Positions 49,425-58,139 of a stretch of 64,000 bases of DNA are shown here, one piece after another. The notes under the pieces were generated by a model. That model did not search any database. It was not told the origin of the DNA and saw nothing but the letters and a program-made list of their open reading frames with translations. This DNA is from Elusimicrobiota bacterium (GTDB taxonomy: Bacteria; Elusimicrobiota; Elusimicrobia; UBA1565). The translations under genes were made by a program, and so were the position numbers. The DNA lies in NCBI GenBank assembly GCA_016196755.1, contig JACPXC010000062.1:45043-109042 (forward strand), in the 5' to 3' direction. The first letter of the stretch is position 1, and each line of letters starts with the position of its first letter.

Positions 49425-49554
49425 CTACCGGATGACGGCAACCCGGGCGGTCTGGGAGCCGGAGTCGGTCTTGACCAGGAGCAGGTAGACGCCCGAGGCC
49501 ACGAAGTTGCCGTGGTCGTTCTTGCCGTCCCAGGAGGTCAGGGCGCGCAGGTCC
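49425..49554 (-). pseudogene. Remnant of a C-terminal sorting/FlgD-Ig-like domain (gene fragment)
   Basis: Translates to ...RRDLRALTSWDGKNDHGNFVASGVYLLLVKTDSGSQTARVAVIR*. This is homologous to the C-terminus of the S8 protease at 50240 (FWDGKNTNGTFVASGVYIIMVKAG...). It has no upstream body and abuts repeat copy 2. Confidence 0.55.
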
Positions 49555-49594
49555 CGACGACCCCGCGCGTCTTGTTGAATACTATCAAAATGGG
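49555..49594. repeat. Direct repeat copy 2 (about 40 nt)
   Basis: CGACGACCCCGCGCGTCTTGTTGAATACTATCAAAATGGG. It would encode a DUF192-like N-terminus (L/M)IVFNKTRG fused out of frame to the sorting-domain remnant. Confidence 0.7.
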
Positions 49595-49607
49595 GCCTTG
49601 GGGAAGG

Positions 49608-49946
49608 CTACTCGCGGACGCGCACCCCGGCACGATCGACGACGAAGAGCTTGCCGGAGAAGCCCTTGGCCGGGAGTGCAAGCACTCCGGCTAAAGCCCG
49701 GACCATCTCCTCGAGCACCGGCGGGTGAACCCGCAGGAGAATGACTCCCTTCGTGACGCTCGGCGGGTACTGGAGCACGTTGGCGAAGTCCTTATCTTGA
49801 GTAAGCAGGACGCGCTCCTGAGCGACGGCAAGAGAAACGATGTCCCTGTCGTTTGCGCCGCGCGGAGAATCCTCGACATCGTGACCTTTGCCGCGAAGCA
49901 CGGCGACGAGGGCTGCCGGGATGTTCTCGTCGGCCAGCAGGCGCAT
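49608..49946 (-). CDS. DUF5615 domain protein (PIN-like, putative toxin partner of DUF433)
   Basis: MRLLADENIP...LTQDKDF is typical of DUF5615/Mut7-C-like proteins. 1-nt gap to the upstream DUF433 gene. Confidence 0.55.
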   Translation of the reverse strand: MRLLADENIPAALVAVLRGKGHDVEDSPRGANDRDIVSLAVAQERVLLTQDKDFANVLQYPPSVTKGVILLRVHPPVLEEMVRALAGVLALPAKGFSGKLFVVDRAGVRVRE

Positions 49947-49947
49947 C

Positions 49948-50190
49948 CTAACTGACGGACGGTATGAATTCCCGGTCCCTGATCAGTTGGGCGGCGTAAT
50001 GGAGAGCGGCCTGGATGGATTGCTGGGTAAGCGTGGGGTAGTAATCCTTTAGAATATCTTCCTGAGAAATCCCCGCCTCGAGGAGCTCTAAAACGAGGTA
50101 GACCATGACCCGCGTCCCCTTGAAGCAAGGCTGGCCATGGCAGACGTCGGCGGTTACGGAGATATGGTTTCTCACATCCATCGTGCCCAT
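49948..50190 (-). CDS. DUF433 domain protein (putative antitoxin-like partner)
   Basis: GQPCFKGTRVMVYLVLELLEAGISQEDILKDYPTL is the DUF433 signature. Confidence 0.6.
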   Translation of the reverse strand: MGTMDVRNHISVTADVCHGQPCFKGTRVMVYLVLELLEAGISQEDILKDYYPTLTQQSIQAALHYAAQLIRDREFIPSVS

Positions 50191-50239
50191 ACTTTAGCAG
50201 GGGCTTTGCCGAGCGTCAAGGCTGGCTGGGACGGCAGGA

Positions 50240-51889
50240 TCAATGGATAAAGGCCAGCTTGAACCGCCTAATGTCGCTGCCCGCCTTCACCATGATTATG
50301 TATACGCCGGACGCCACGAATGTCCCGTTGGTGTTCTTCCCGTCCCAGAACGCCGTGGTCGTGAACGGCTGCAGGGTCCGGACCGGCTGCCCTTCCATCG
50401 TATGGACGGTCACTGCAGGACTCTTCCCATGGAACGAGACGGGAAGCTTGATGGTGACGCCGGAGGACTCGTTAGCCCTGAAGGGATTAGGGAACGCGAC
50501 GACCGGATCGGCGACCACGAAGCCGGCCAAGGCCGACCCGTTGCTGCAGGCGCCGACAGGAACGCCCTGAGCCAGCTTGATCGCCTTGCAGGCGTTGACG
50601 CGCCCCGCGCCCTGGCTCGTGGCGGCAAGACCGATGCTGTCGGCGCCGTTTCGGATATGGGTCCGGACCTGCAGCGGCGTCAGGGCGGCGTTCTCGGACA
50701 AGAGGAGCGCCGACAGTCCGGCTACGATCGGAGCGGAAAAAGAGGTGCCGGTGGCGAGATCGCTGGCTGACGTGACGCCCCCGCCGATGGTGGTCGTAAG
50801 CAGCTTGACGCCGGGCGCGACCACTCCGCGCGCCGTCATCTCGGCGCCGCGGGAGGAGAAGGACGCCAGCTGGTCCAGGCTGTCGGTGGCGCCGACGGGG
50901 AACGCGTCGGTGCAATTCCCAGGGGCGTCGACGGCCCCGCCGTCATTTCCCGCCGAGGCGATGAAGACGACGCCGGCGGCGACGGCGTTCGTGATGGCCG
51001 TATCCAAGAGGCCGGAACAGGCGATGCTCTCGCCGAGGCTGGTGTTGACGACCACCCGCCCGAAGACCCCCGGAGCGACGGCCAACACCGTGCGCGCGTA
51101 GTCGATTGCGCTGATTATCGCCGTGTCGTCGGTCGCGCATATCTGGCCCGTCCCGTCGCCGCAGGAGGACGTGCAGTCCTGGGTTCGAAAGACGCGCAGC
51201 GAGATCAATTGGGCGCCCCACGACACGCCGGACACTCCGAAATTATTATTAGTGCCCGCCGTCGCCACCCCGGCGACCCGAGTCCCATGGTTGCATGCCG
51301 CGACCGCACCCCCACTAGGCTCAGCCCCGCAGGCGGTGTTATCTCCTCCAATGAGCTTGCTGTCACCCGGGTTGCAGAACTGGCTGACCCCGACCATTTT
51401 CCCCGAGAGTTCAGGGTGGCTGCCTTCGATCCCTGAGTCGAGAACGGCGATCGTCACTTTGGCCGTCGCCCCATCCTCATCGTCCCATGCCTGAGGCGAA
51501 TTTATCTTTTCGAACTGATACTGAGACCAGAACAGAGGGTCATTAGGCACCTTGCTCACGTGATAGACGTGGTTCGGCTGAACCGCCAAGACGCCCGGGA
51601 CGGCGGCGAGCCTGGTCAGGCCGTCCGAAACCGCCATCCCCGCGGGCAGAAGGACGTGGGTGCCCTCTGACAATTCCCGGATGATTCCCGCGCCGATGGC
51701 GGCCAAAGCGGTCTCGCGGCTGGAACGATTCACGGCCGGGTCGAAACGGACCAGAACCTCTCCGACGACGACTTCGATGCCGTCTCCCGCCAACGGACGC
51801 CCCCCTAAGGACCGCAGTCTCTCCACCTGGATGGCGTTCACGGTTGCTGGACATAGCAGCAGCATGGCGAACAGATGAAATTTATTCAT
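50240..51889 (-). CDS. Secreted subtilisin-like serine protease (S8) with I9 propeptide and C-terminal FlgD-Ig-like/sorting domain
   Basis: D-H-S triad motifs (AVLDSGI, HGTRVAGV, GTSFSAPIVAG). Signal peptide MNKFHLFAMLLLCPATVNA. C-terminal WDGKNTNGTFVASGVYII module. Confidence 0.85.
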   Translation of the reverse strand: MNKFHLFAMLLLCPATVNAIQVERLRSLGGRPLAGDGIEVVVGEVLVRFDPAVNRSSRETALAAIGAGIIRELSEGTHVLLPAGMAVSDGLTRLAAVPGVLAVQPNHVYHVSKVPNDPLFWSQYQFEKINSPQAWDDEDGATAKVTIAVLDSGIEGSHPELSGKMVGVSQFCNPGDSKLIGGDNTACGAEPSGGAVAACNHGTRVAGVATAGTNNNFGVSGVSWGAQLISLRVFRTQDCTSSCGDGTGQICATDDTAIISAIDYARTVLAVAPGVFGRVVVNTSLGESIACSGLLDTAITNAVAAGVVFIASAGNDGGAVDAPGNCTDAFPVGATDSLDQLASFSSRGAEMTARGVVAPGVKLLTTTIGGGVTSASDLATGTSFSAPIVAGLSALLLSENAALTPLQVRTHIRNGADSIGLAATSQGAGRVNACKAIKLAQGVPVGACSNGSALAGFVVADPVVAFPNPFRANESSGVTIKLPVSFHGKSPAVTVHTMEGQPVRTLQPFTTTAFWDGKNTNGTFVASGVYIIMVKAGSDIRRFKLAFIH

Positions 51890-51925
51890 GTTTCTCCACC
51901 CGGGATTGTAGAACATTACCGCCGT

Positions 51926-52225
51926 TTATCTTGACCCCGTTCTTGATCCCGCGCACGCGACGGCCCGCTCGTAGCCGACGAGGCGGCGTAGGAGAGCGTT
52001 GTACCTGGAATGGGCGGCGTCGGAACCCTCGCGGCTCAATAAGGCGTAGAGCCGTTTTTCAGGATCCAGGAACGGCTCCGCCAAGGTGAGGCCGAGGCTG
52101 CGGAGCTTGGGAGCTCCAATTGAGACCAGGAGCGCCTCCGCCGTCTCGCGTCTCCCGGCCAGGTCGGCCGCGCCTTGGGCTACGAGGTCAGCCCCAGGCA
52201 GGCCGGGGTTGATGTCTGCAGCCAT
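51926..52225 (-). CDS. Hypothetical protein (99 aa) downstream partner of the COG1373 ATPase
   Basis: Ala/Leu-rich and helical; no motif recognised. 1-nt gap after the ATPase stop. Confidence 0.3.
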   Translation of the reverse strand: MAADINPGLPGADLVAQGAADLAGRRETAEALLVSIGAPKLRSLGLTLAEPFLDPEKRLYALLSREGSDAAHSRYNALLRRLVGYERAVACAGSRTGSR

Positions 52226-52226
52226 T

Positions 52227-53738
52227 TCACCTCAAGAGCATAAACGACGATAATGGAATCGTGACGATCCTCGGATCAATGACTTCAGACACTTCGGTTT
52301 GACAGATTAGCAGGCCGAAAGGCGCGTTGTTCACTTTCTTCTCGATAAATGCACGCAGCCCTTCAGTGTCCGCCAGCGGGTCGATTCTCCTCTGATACTT
52401 CACTTCCAAAGGGATTCTTCGCGTCCCGACGGTAAGAATAAAATCGACCTCGGGGTCATCCCCGCGAGCCGGAAGATGCGCCAGATCCAATGCCGGGATC
52501 GTGGCGAGCAACGCGCCGACGGCGCTCTCGGCGAGATGTCCGGCGAGAGTCGTCAAATGGGGATTCTTCTCAAGCTCCCGAGGATCCAAAGGAATGATTT
52601 CCTGCAGCCAACTCGCTCGCAAACCATGATCGGCAAGGCAGATTTTGGAATTGCCGCGGCGTTGCTTGAGTCTAATCTCAAGAGGCTCAACCAGCCTAAT
52701 CAAAAGCGTGTCAGACAAAAAACGCAGATATTGTCTTACGCGCTGCGACCCGATGTTGGCGTCGAGAGAGCGCTTTGTCTCTCTCGCAAAGAGCGCGTAG
52801 CCGGGAGTTTGTCCCACGTAACGGCAAGCCATCCGAAAAAGTTCTTCCAAAAGCGATTGGTCGCGCTTCCGTCCACGCTCACCGACCCGAAGATCATGTT
52901 CGATGACTCTTTTAATGACGGTCTCGTTCAAATGATCGGCGACTTGCGCCCAAGGCAACTCTCGACGTTCGTGTCCGAAGGGATATCCACCTCTCTCGGA
53001 AAATGCGCGAAAGGCGTTGTCTCGAAATTCACTGTTCTTGCGACCAGATTCGAGCAGAGAATGCCAAAATCCGTGCTCAACCAAGGGTTCCAATCCATTA
53101 TCTCTCAACCCCGGCTCAAGAGCACCCAATCCTTGGAACAATCCGATTTCCGTAAGCGACAGCACCCCGGCTTCGATCGTCGAGATTCGTCCAGCCAAAC
53201 TGTCACGACCCAAACCAATCCGCAAAGCAGAACTGCCCGTAACCAATATTTGAACGGCGGAATTATCAACCAGGTGCTTGAGCTGAGGCGCCCAGTCCTT
53301 TAGATTTTGGACCTCGTCCAAAAAAATGGTCGCCGGCCGTCCAACCTTTGCCGCTTCATTCAGCGACATGCCGAGAATCGATGTTTCGAACCAATCGACG
53401 ATACGCAGGATTGGCTCGGACAATTTTTCAATTTCCACCAGCTCATCAGTCTGAACTCGAAGAATTCGCCGAGGTTCCACTCCGGAAGAGAGCAAATCCT
53501 CAAGGACCTGCATCTGCGCGGTCGTCTTACCGATCTGTCGTGGACCGCGAACGACGACGATCGGCGCCACTTTTGCATTGAGTCGCTTTTGGATGGAACG
53601 AACCAGATGCCGCCTGGTCTCCGGCTGGGGTTTCGAAGGAAGGCCTTCCCACCAAGGGTTCATCCGCCGCAAATCCCGGACCAAAGGATCACTAAGCTTC
53701 ATAGCGGAAAAAAGGAAACTGGGGGAGGCTTCAGGCAA
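52227..53738 (-). CDS. AAA+ ATPase of the COG1373 family (AAA_14 + DUF4143)
   Basis: Walker A GPRQIGKTT, Walker B FLDEVQ, N-terminal MNPWWE motif, C-terminal DUF4143-like region. Confidence 0.7.
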   Translation of the reverse strand: MPEASPSFLFSAMKLSDPLVRDLRRMNPWWEGLPSKPQPETRRHLVRSIQKRLNAKVAPIVVVRGPRQIGKTTAQMQVLEDLLSSGVEPRRILRVQTDELVEIEKLSEPILRIVDWFETSILGMSLNEAAKVGRPATIFLDEVQNLKDWAPQLKHLVDNSAVQILVTGSSALRIGLGRDSLAGRISTIEAGVLSLTEIGLFQGLGALEPGLRDNGLEPLVEHGFWHSLLESGRKNSEFRDNAFRAFSERGGYPFGHERRELPWAQVADHLNETVIKRVIEHDLRVGERGRKRDQSLLEELFRMACRYVGQTPGYALFARETKRSLDANIGSQRVRQYLRFLSDTLLIRLVEPLEIRLKQRRGNSKICLADHGLRASWLQEIIPLDPRELEKNPHLTTLAGHLAESAVGALLATIPALDLAHLPARGDDPEVDFILTVGTRRIPLEVKYQRRIDPLADTEGLRAFIEKKVNNAPFGLLICQTEVSEVIDPRIVTIPLSSFMLLR

Positions 53739-54417
53739 GGCCGTTCTCCTTCTTGATGATGTCGACGAGCTCGATGATGTCGCCCAGCTCGTAGTCGGCG
53801 CCCGACTCCTTGGTGTCGAAGGTGTCGCCGTACTTGGCCCAGGCCGTCTTCAAGCCGATCTTCTTGGCCCCCACGATGTCGCGGTCGGGCCAGTCGCCGA
53901 CCATGAGGGTCTCCTCGGCCTTGGTGCCGAGGACCTCGAGGGCCTTCCGGAAGGGGATCTGGTCGGGCTTCTTGACCCCGTAGTCCTCGGAGGCGATGAC
54001 GTGGTCGAAGTAGTTGTGGATCCCTAAGCCCACGATGCGCAGCCAGACCTCGAGCTTCGGGGCATCGGAGAGGACGGTCGAGCGGATACCCATCTTGAGC
54101 AGCTCGAAGAGCGTCACCGTGACGTGGGGGTAGAGGGCCAGGGACCCCGCCTTCGAGCGCCGGTAGCCGACGATCCCGGCGGCCAGGATCTTGATGTCGA
54201 TGCGCCCGAACTCCTTCTGAAGGATCTTGTCGAAGATGCGCTGGTCCTCGACCCCCTCTTTCCAATAGAGCTCGAAGATCTTCTCGACGAAAGCGGTCTT
54301 GTCGACCTTGAGGCCGGCGTCGATCATCATCTCCACCGCCACGTCCACCGCCATGCGCTTGGTGCGCATGAAGTCGGTGAGCGTGTTGTCGATGTCGAAG
54401 ATGACCCCGCGGATCAA
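53731..54417 (-). CDS. HAD-superfamily hydrolase (subfamily IA)
   Basis: Motif I FDIDNTLTD, motif III K, motif IV GDWPDRD. TTG start overlapping the efp stop (TTGA). Confidence 0.75.
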   Translation of the reverse strand: MIRGVIFDIDNTLTDFMRTKRMAVDVAVEMMIDAGLKVDKTAFVEKIFELYWKEGVEDQRIFDKILQKEFGRIDIKILAAGIVGYRRSKAGSLALYPHVTVTLFELLKMGIRSTVLSDAPKLEVWLRIVGLGIHNYFDHVIASEDYGVKKPDQIPFRKALEVLGTKAEETLMVGDWPDRDIVGAKKIGLKTAWAKYGDTFDTKESGADYELGDIIELVDIIKKENGLA

Positions 54418-54977
54418 TCGACCACCCGGCCGACGTACTCTCCGGAGCGGGTGTCGACCTTGATCCGGTCGCCCTCTTTGATGAAGAGCGGGACCCGGAC
54501 GGTGATGCCGTTGGCGGTGACGGCGTTCTTGAGCAGGTTCGACACCGAGTCGCCCTTGAAACCCGGCTCGGCGCTGGAGATCTCCACGGTGATGTTCGGC
54601 GGGACCTCGACGGTGCGGAACACGCCGTCGAAGAACACCCCGATCACGTCCATGTTGTCGGTCATGAAGCGCGCCTGGTCGCCGATCTGCTCGCGCTTGA
54701 GGGTCGACTGCTCGTAGTTCTCCTGATCCATGAAGTGGAAGGTGTCGCCCTCGGAGTAGAGGAACTGGAAGTCGCGCTTGCGGACGTCGACCTCGCGGAA
54801 TTTCTCGGAGGAGTTGTAGGCCTCTTCGACGATCGAGCCGGAGTCCATGTCGCGCAGCTTGCACTGCACCTTGGCGCGCGCCTGGGACTTGCGGTGGTGC
54901 TGGTAGGTGATGACCTGATACTTGCGGCCGTTGGACTCGAAAATGAGGCCTTCCCTGAAGTCGTTGGGGGTGATCAT
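54414..54977 (-). CDS. efp: Translation elongation factor P
   Basis: Three-domain EF-P with KOW-like N-terminal domain and loop HHRKSQARAKV. RBS GGAGG precedes the ATG. Confidence 0.9.
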   Translation of the reverse strand: MITPNDFREGLIFESNGRKYQVITYQHHRKSQARAKVQCKLRDMDSGSIVEEAYNSSEKFREVDVRKRDFQFLYSEGDTFHFMDQENYEQSTLKREQIGDQARFMTDNMDVIGVFFDGVFRTVEVPPNITVEISSAEPGFKGDSVSNLLKNAVTANGITVRVPLFIKEGDRIKVDTRSGEYVGRVVD

Positions 54978-55005
54978 GTATTGCCTCCGAAAACTGTCCG
55001 TGGAT

Positions 55006-55013
55006 TGTAGAAT
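55006..55013 (+). promoter_or_regulatory. TG-TAGAAT -10 element, 8 nt upstream of ATG 55022 (leaderless-type)
   Basis: Same TAGAAT hexamer as at 3282, 14107 and 57155. Confidence 0.3.
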
Positions 55014-55021
55014 ATTCGACG

Positions 55022-56026
55022 ATGAGCGCGCCCCCCCTCTCCGCCGCCCGCCGAGTGGTCATCCTGTGGACCGGCCGCCTGGGCGACATCCTGGTCTCCA
55101 CCCCCTTCCTCGACGGCCTGCGCCGGGCCGTCCCCGGGGCCCGCATCGGCCTCATCACCGCGGAGGCCGGGGAGGGCGGCGCGCGCCTGCTCGACTGCGT
55201 CGACGAGGTGGGCGTCGTGCGCAAGGGCCGGCGCGTGCTGGCCAACGCGGCCCTCGTCCCGTTCCTGGGCCGGACCACCGACCTCCTCATCGACATGAAC
55301 TCGGCGCCGTCTGGGACCTCGACGGCCCTGGCCCGGCTCTCGCGCGCCAAGGCCAAGGCCGCCTTCGCCCGCGGACGCGGCGACGGAGCCTTCGACCTCT
55401 TGGCCGAAGCCCCCGGCGAGCGCGAGCACATGCTGGCGCGCTACGAGCGGCTCGCCGCCCTCTTGGGCTTCTCCTGCGCGCCGCGCATGCGGGTGCCGGT
55501 GCCCGAGGCCGACGCCGCCAAGGCCAAGCGCGCCCTGCGGGTCCTTCACGAAGGACGCCTGCCCGTGGCGCTCTTTGCGGGCAACTTCAAGAAGAAGGAG
55601 AACCGCTGGGCCGAGGACCGCTTCGCCGCCCTGGCCGACCGCCTGGCCGACCAGCGCGACCTCGCACCCTACTGGCTGGCCGGACCCGGCGAGCTCGAGC
55701 GCGTGGAGGCGGCCGCGGCGCTGGCGGCGGCGCGCCTGCCGGTCCTGGGCCCCTTCTCGCTTGGGGTGACGGCGGGCATCCTCGGACAGTCGGCGCTCTA
55801 CGTCGGCAACTGTACGGGGACCTCGCACCTGGCGGTCTGCGCCGGCACGCCCACCTTCACGGTCCTGGCCGGCTACACCGCCGCGGTATGGGCGCCCCCC
55901 GCCGCGCCGCCGCATTGGCGGGCCGTGTCGGCGGACTGGGAGTCCTGCCGCGAGGTCGGCGTCGAGGAGGCCTGGAAGGCCCTTCAGCCGGCGTTGGCTT
56001 TCTGCCGCTCGGCCAAGCGCGCGTAG
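55022..56026 (+). CDS. Glycosyltransferase family 9 (heptosyltransferase-like)
   Basis: RVVILWTGRLGDILVSTPFL...VGNCTGTSHLA are GT9 signatures. Confidence 0.75.
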   Translation: MSAPPLSAARRVVILWTGRLGDILVSTPFLDGLRRAVPGARIGLITAEAGEGGARLLDCVDEVGVVRKGRRVLANAALVPFLGRTTDLLIDMNSAPSGTSTALARLSRAKAKAAFARGRGDGAFDLLAEAPGEREHMLARYERLAALLGFSCAPRMRVPVPEADAAKAKRALRVLHEGRLPVALFAGNFKKKENRWAEDRFAALADRLADQRDLAPYWLAGPGELERVEAAAALAAARLPVLGPFSLGVTAGILGQSALYVGNCTGTSHLAVCAGTPTFTVLAGYTAAVWAPPAAPPHWRAVSADWESCREVGVEEAWKALQPALAFCRSAKRA

Positions 56027-57105
56027 TAGGCCATCGTCAGCCGGACCGAGGCCTTGTCGCTGAAGCGCTCGCGCACGACCTCGGCGCCGGCCCGCGCCAA
56101 GGCCTTCGCGGCGGGAAGGTCGGCCAGGGTCTCCTTGAGGACGCGCGCCAAGCGTTCGTCATTGCCGGCCTCGAACATCCTCCCTGTGACGCCCTCCACG
56201 ACGAGCTCGGCGTTGCCGCCCGCGGCGCTGGCCACCGCGGGGACCTCCATCGCCAGGGACTCGCGCAGGGCGCCGGAGATCCCCTCGCCGCGCCGGGCGG
56301 CGTTGACGCTGACGGTGAAGTTGGACAAGAGCTCGGGGATGTCCTCGCGAAAGCCCAAAAAACGGCAGTCCTCGGCCGCCACGCCGGCCTTCTTGGCCCG
56401 CGCCTTGAGCTCGGGCGAGTCGGTGTCGCGCCCCGCGAAGACGAGGACCGCGCGCACGCCGTCGCGGCGCAGGCGCGCCGCGGCGTCGAGCACCACGTCC
56501 TGGCCCTTCCACTCCGAGTAGTTGGCGATCTTGCCGATGACCGGCACGCCGGGGGGCAGGGCCAGCTCGCCGCGCACCGCATCGTGCGGCGGAGAGGGCT
56601 TGAAGCGCTGGAGGTCGACCCCGGAGGGGATGGTCTCGACCCGCTCAGGCGCCACGCCGCCGGCGATGAGCTCGCCGCGGACGTTCTCGGCCACCGCGAT
56701 GTAGCCGTCGATGCGCGGATGGCGGTACTTGAGCGCGCTGAAGGGGTTCGAGGAAACTTTGAACGAGACCCGGCGCGTCACGACGAACACCGGCCGGCGC
56801 GATGAGAGATACAAGCTCGCCAGACCGACGGCGTGGCCGCGCGGGTGGTGGGCGTGCAGGACCTCGATGCCCTCCTTGTCGATGAGCTTGGCCAGGCGGT
56901 AAGCCGCCGAGAGGTCGTAATCCTGGCGCGGGTGCAGAGCGACGTGGCGCATGCCGGCTCCTTCCGCGCGCCGCGCCACCTCGCCGCCCTCGGGACTGCA
57001 GAGCGTGACCTGCCAGCCCGCCTCGCTCAGCCCGCGGCCGAGCACGAGGATCTGCGCCGCCCCGCCCGACCAGCCGTGGCTCTCGCTGATGAAGGCGACC
57101 TTCAC
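55984..57105 (-). CDS. Glycosyltransferase family 4 (GT-B)
   Basis: MKVAFIS..SGGAAQ N-terminus and C-terminal Glyco_trans_1 region ESLAMEVPAVASAAGGNAELV. Confidence 0.75.
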   Translation of the reverse strand: MKVAFISESHGWSGGAAQILVLGRGLSEAGWQVTLCSPEGGEVARRAEGAGMRHVALHPRQDYDLSAAYRLAKLIDKEGIEVLHAHHPRGHAVGLASLYLSSRRPVFVVTRRVSFKVSSNPFSALKYRHPRIDGYIAVAENVRGELIAGGVAPERVETIPSGVDLQRFKPSPPHDAVRGELALPPGVPVIGKIANYSEWKGQDVVLDAAARLRRDGVRAVLVFAGRDTDSPELKARAKKAGVAAEDCRFLGFREDIPELLSNFTVSVNAARRGEGISGALRESLAMEVPAVASAAGGNAELVVEGVTGRMFEAGNDERLARVLKETLADLPAAKALARAGAEVVRERFSDKASVRLTMAYYARLAERQKANAG

Positions 57106-57151
57106 GCGGAAAGGATACGAATAATAAGGGCTGGCAAAAAATGGACTCGTC

Positions 57152-57160
57152 TGCTAGAAT
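57152..57160 (+). promoter_or_regulatory. Extended -10 promoter TGcTAGAAT upstream of the HEAT-repeat gene
   Basis: Identical 9-mer to the smpB promoter element. Confidence 0.35.
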
Positions 57161-57219
57161 CACGTCACGCCGAGCCGGGGTCCCTTGCGGACCTGGAAGA
57201 AGTTCCCGGAGGTTCGGCG

Positions 57220-58062
57220 ATGTCCCTCCTAAAGACGCTGCCGTTGACGCTCGTCCTTGCCGCGGCGCCGGTGCGCGCCCAGTCGGAAGACTCCGCCCCG
57301 CAGTTCCCGCCGGTGGCCGAGATCCTGGGCGAGACCGCGCCGCTCCTGCCGACCGCCGAGACCGCCGACCTGCGCGACGCCCTGCGCGCGATGCCGCCGC
57401 TGCAGTCCGAGCTCCGGGCCCTGAGCTCGGGTTCGGCCAGCCGCCAACGCGGAGCGCTCGAGCGGCTCGGCGAGGCGCGCAACCGCCGCGCCGCGCCCTA
57501 CATCGGCGCCCTGCTCCTTCAGGTCAACGCTCCCGTCCAGAGCCGGGTCTCGGCCGCCACCGCCCTGGGCCGCATCGGCGACGTCGACTCGGTCCCCTTC
57601 CTCGAGCGCGCCACCCGCGACGAGGTGAAGGAAGTGCGCTTCGCGGCGGCCCTGGCGCTGGGCAAGACCAAGTCGCTCGACGCCGTGGCCGCGCTGGAGA
57701 CGACCCTCCAGAACGACCCGCATTGGTGGGTCCGCTACGCCGCGGCCGTCGGCCTCGGAGACACCCGCCAGCCCGCCGCCGTGCCGGCCCTCTCCCGCGT
57801 CCTCAACGAGGAACTGCGCTGGCAGGTGCGCCAGCAGGCGGCGCGCGCGCTGGGACAGATCGGCAACCAGCCCGCCGTCGCCGCCCTGGGACGGGCCCTG
57901 ACCGACTCCGACCCGACGGTGCGCTACAGCGCGGCGCGGGCCTTGGGCGAGATCGGCGGCAGCGAGAGCCTCGACCTCATGCACGCGGCCTACGCCGCCG
58001 AGAAGGACCCTTTGCCGAGCGGCCAGCTGCGGGCGTCTCTGCGCCGCGCCTCGAGCCGTTAG
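57220..58062 (+). CDS. Secreted HEAT/PBS-lyase repeat protein
   Basis: Signal peptide MSLLKTLPLTLVLAAAPVRAQ. Tandem HEAT-like units (VRxxAAxALGxIGD...). RBS GGAGG. Confidence 0.7.
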   Translation: MSLLKTLPLTLVLAAAPVRAQSEDSAPQFPPVAEILGETAPLLPTAETADLRDALRAMPPLQSELRALSSGSASRQRGALERLGEARNRRAAPYIGALLLQVNAPVQSRVSAATALGRIGDVDSVPFLERATRDEVKEVRFAAALALGKTKSLDAVAALETTLQNDPHWWVRYAAAVGLGDTRQPAAVPALSRVLNEELRWQVRQQAARALGQIGNQPAVAALGRALTDSDPTVRYSAARALGEIGGSESLDLMHAAYAAEKDPLPSGQLRASLRRASSR

Positions 58063-58139
58063 AATTTGGGCCTAAAGACCCGGTTGGCCCCTGGGTCCAC
58101 GGCCCCCTGCCGCAAGGCCGCCATCGCTCCATCCTCTGA

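Noticed and set aside
54418-55431. N-terminal part of the 566-aa track ORF 53731..55431
   Set aside because: It is antisense or out of frame relative to efp and the GT9 gene. Only the HAD-domain C-terminal part (from TTG 54417) is real.
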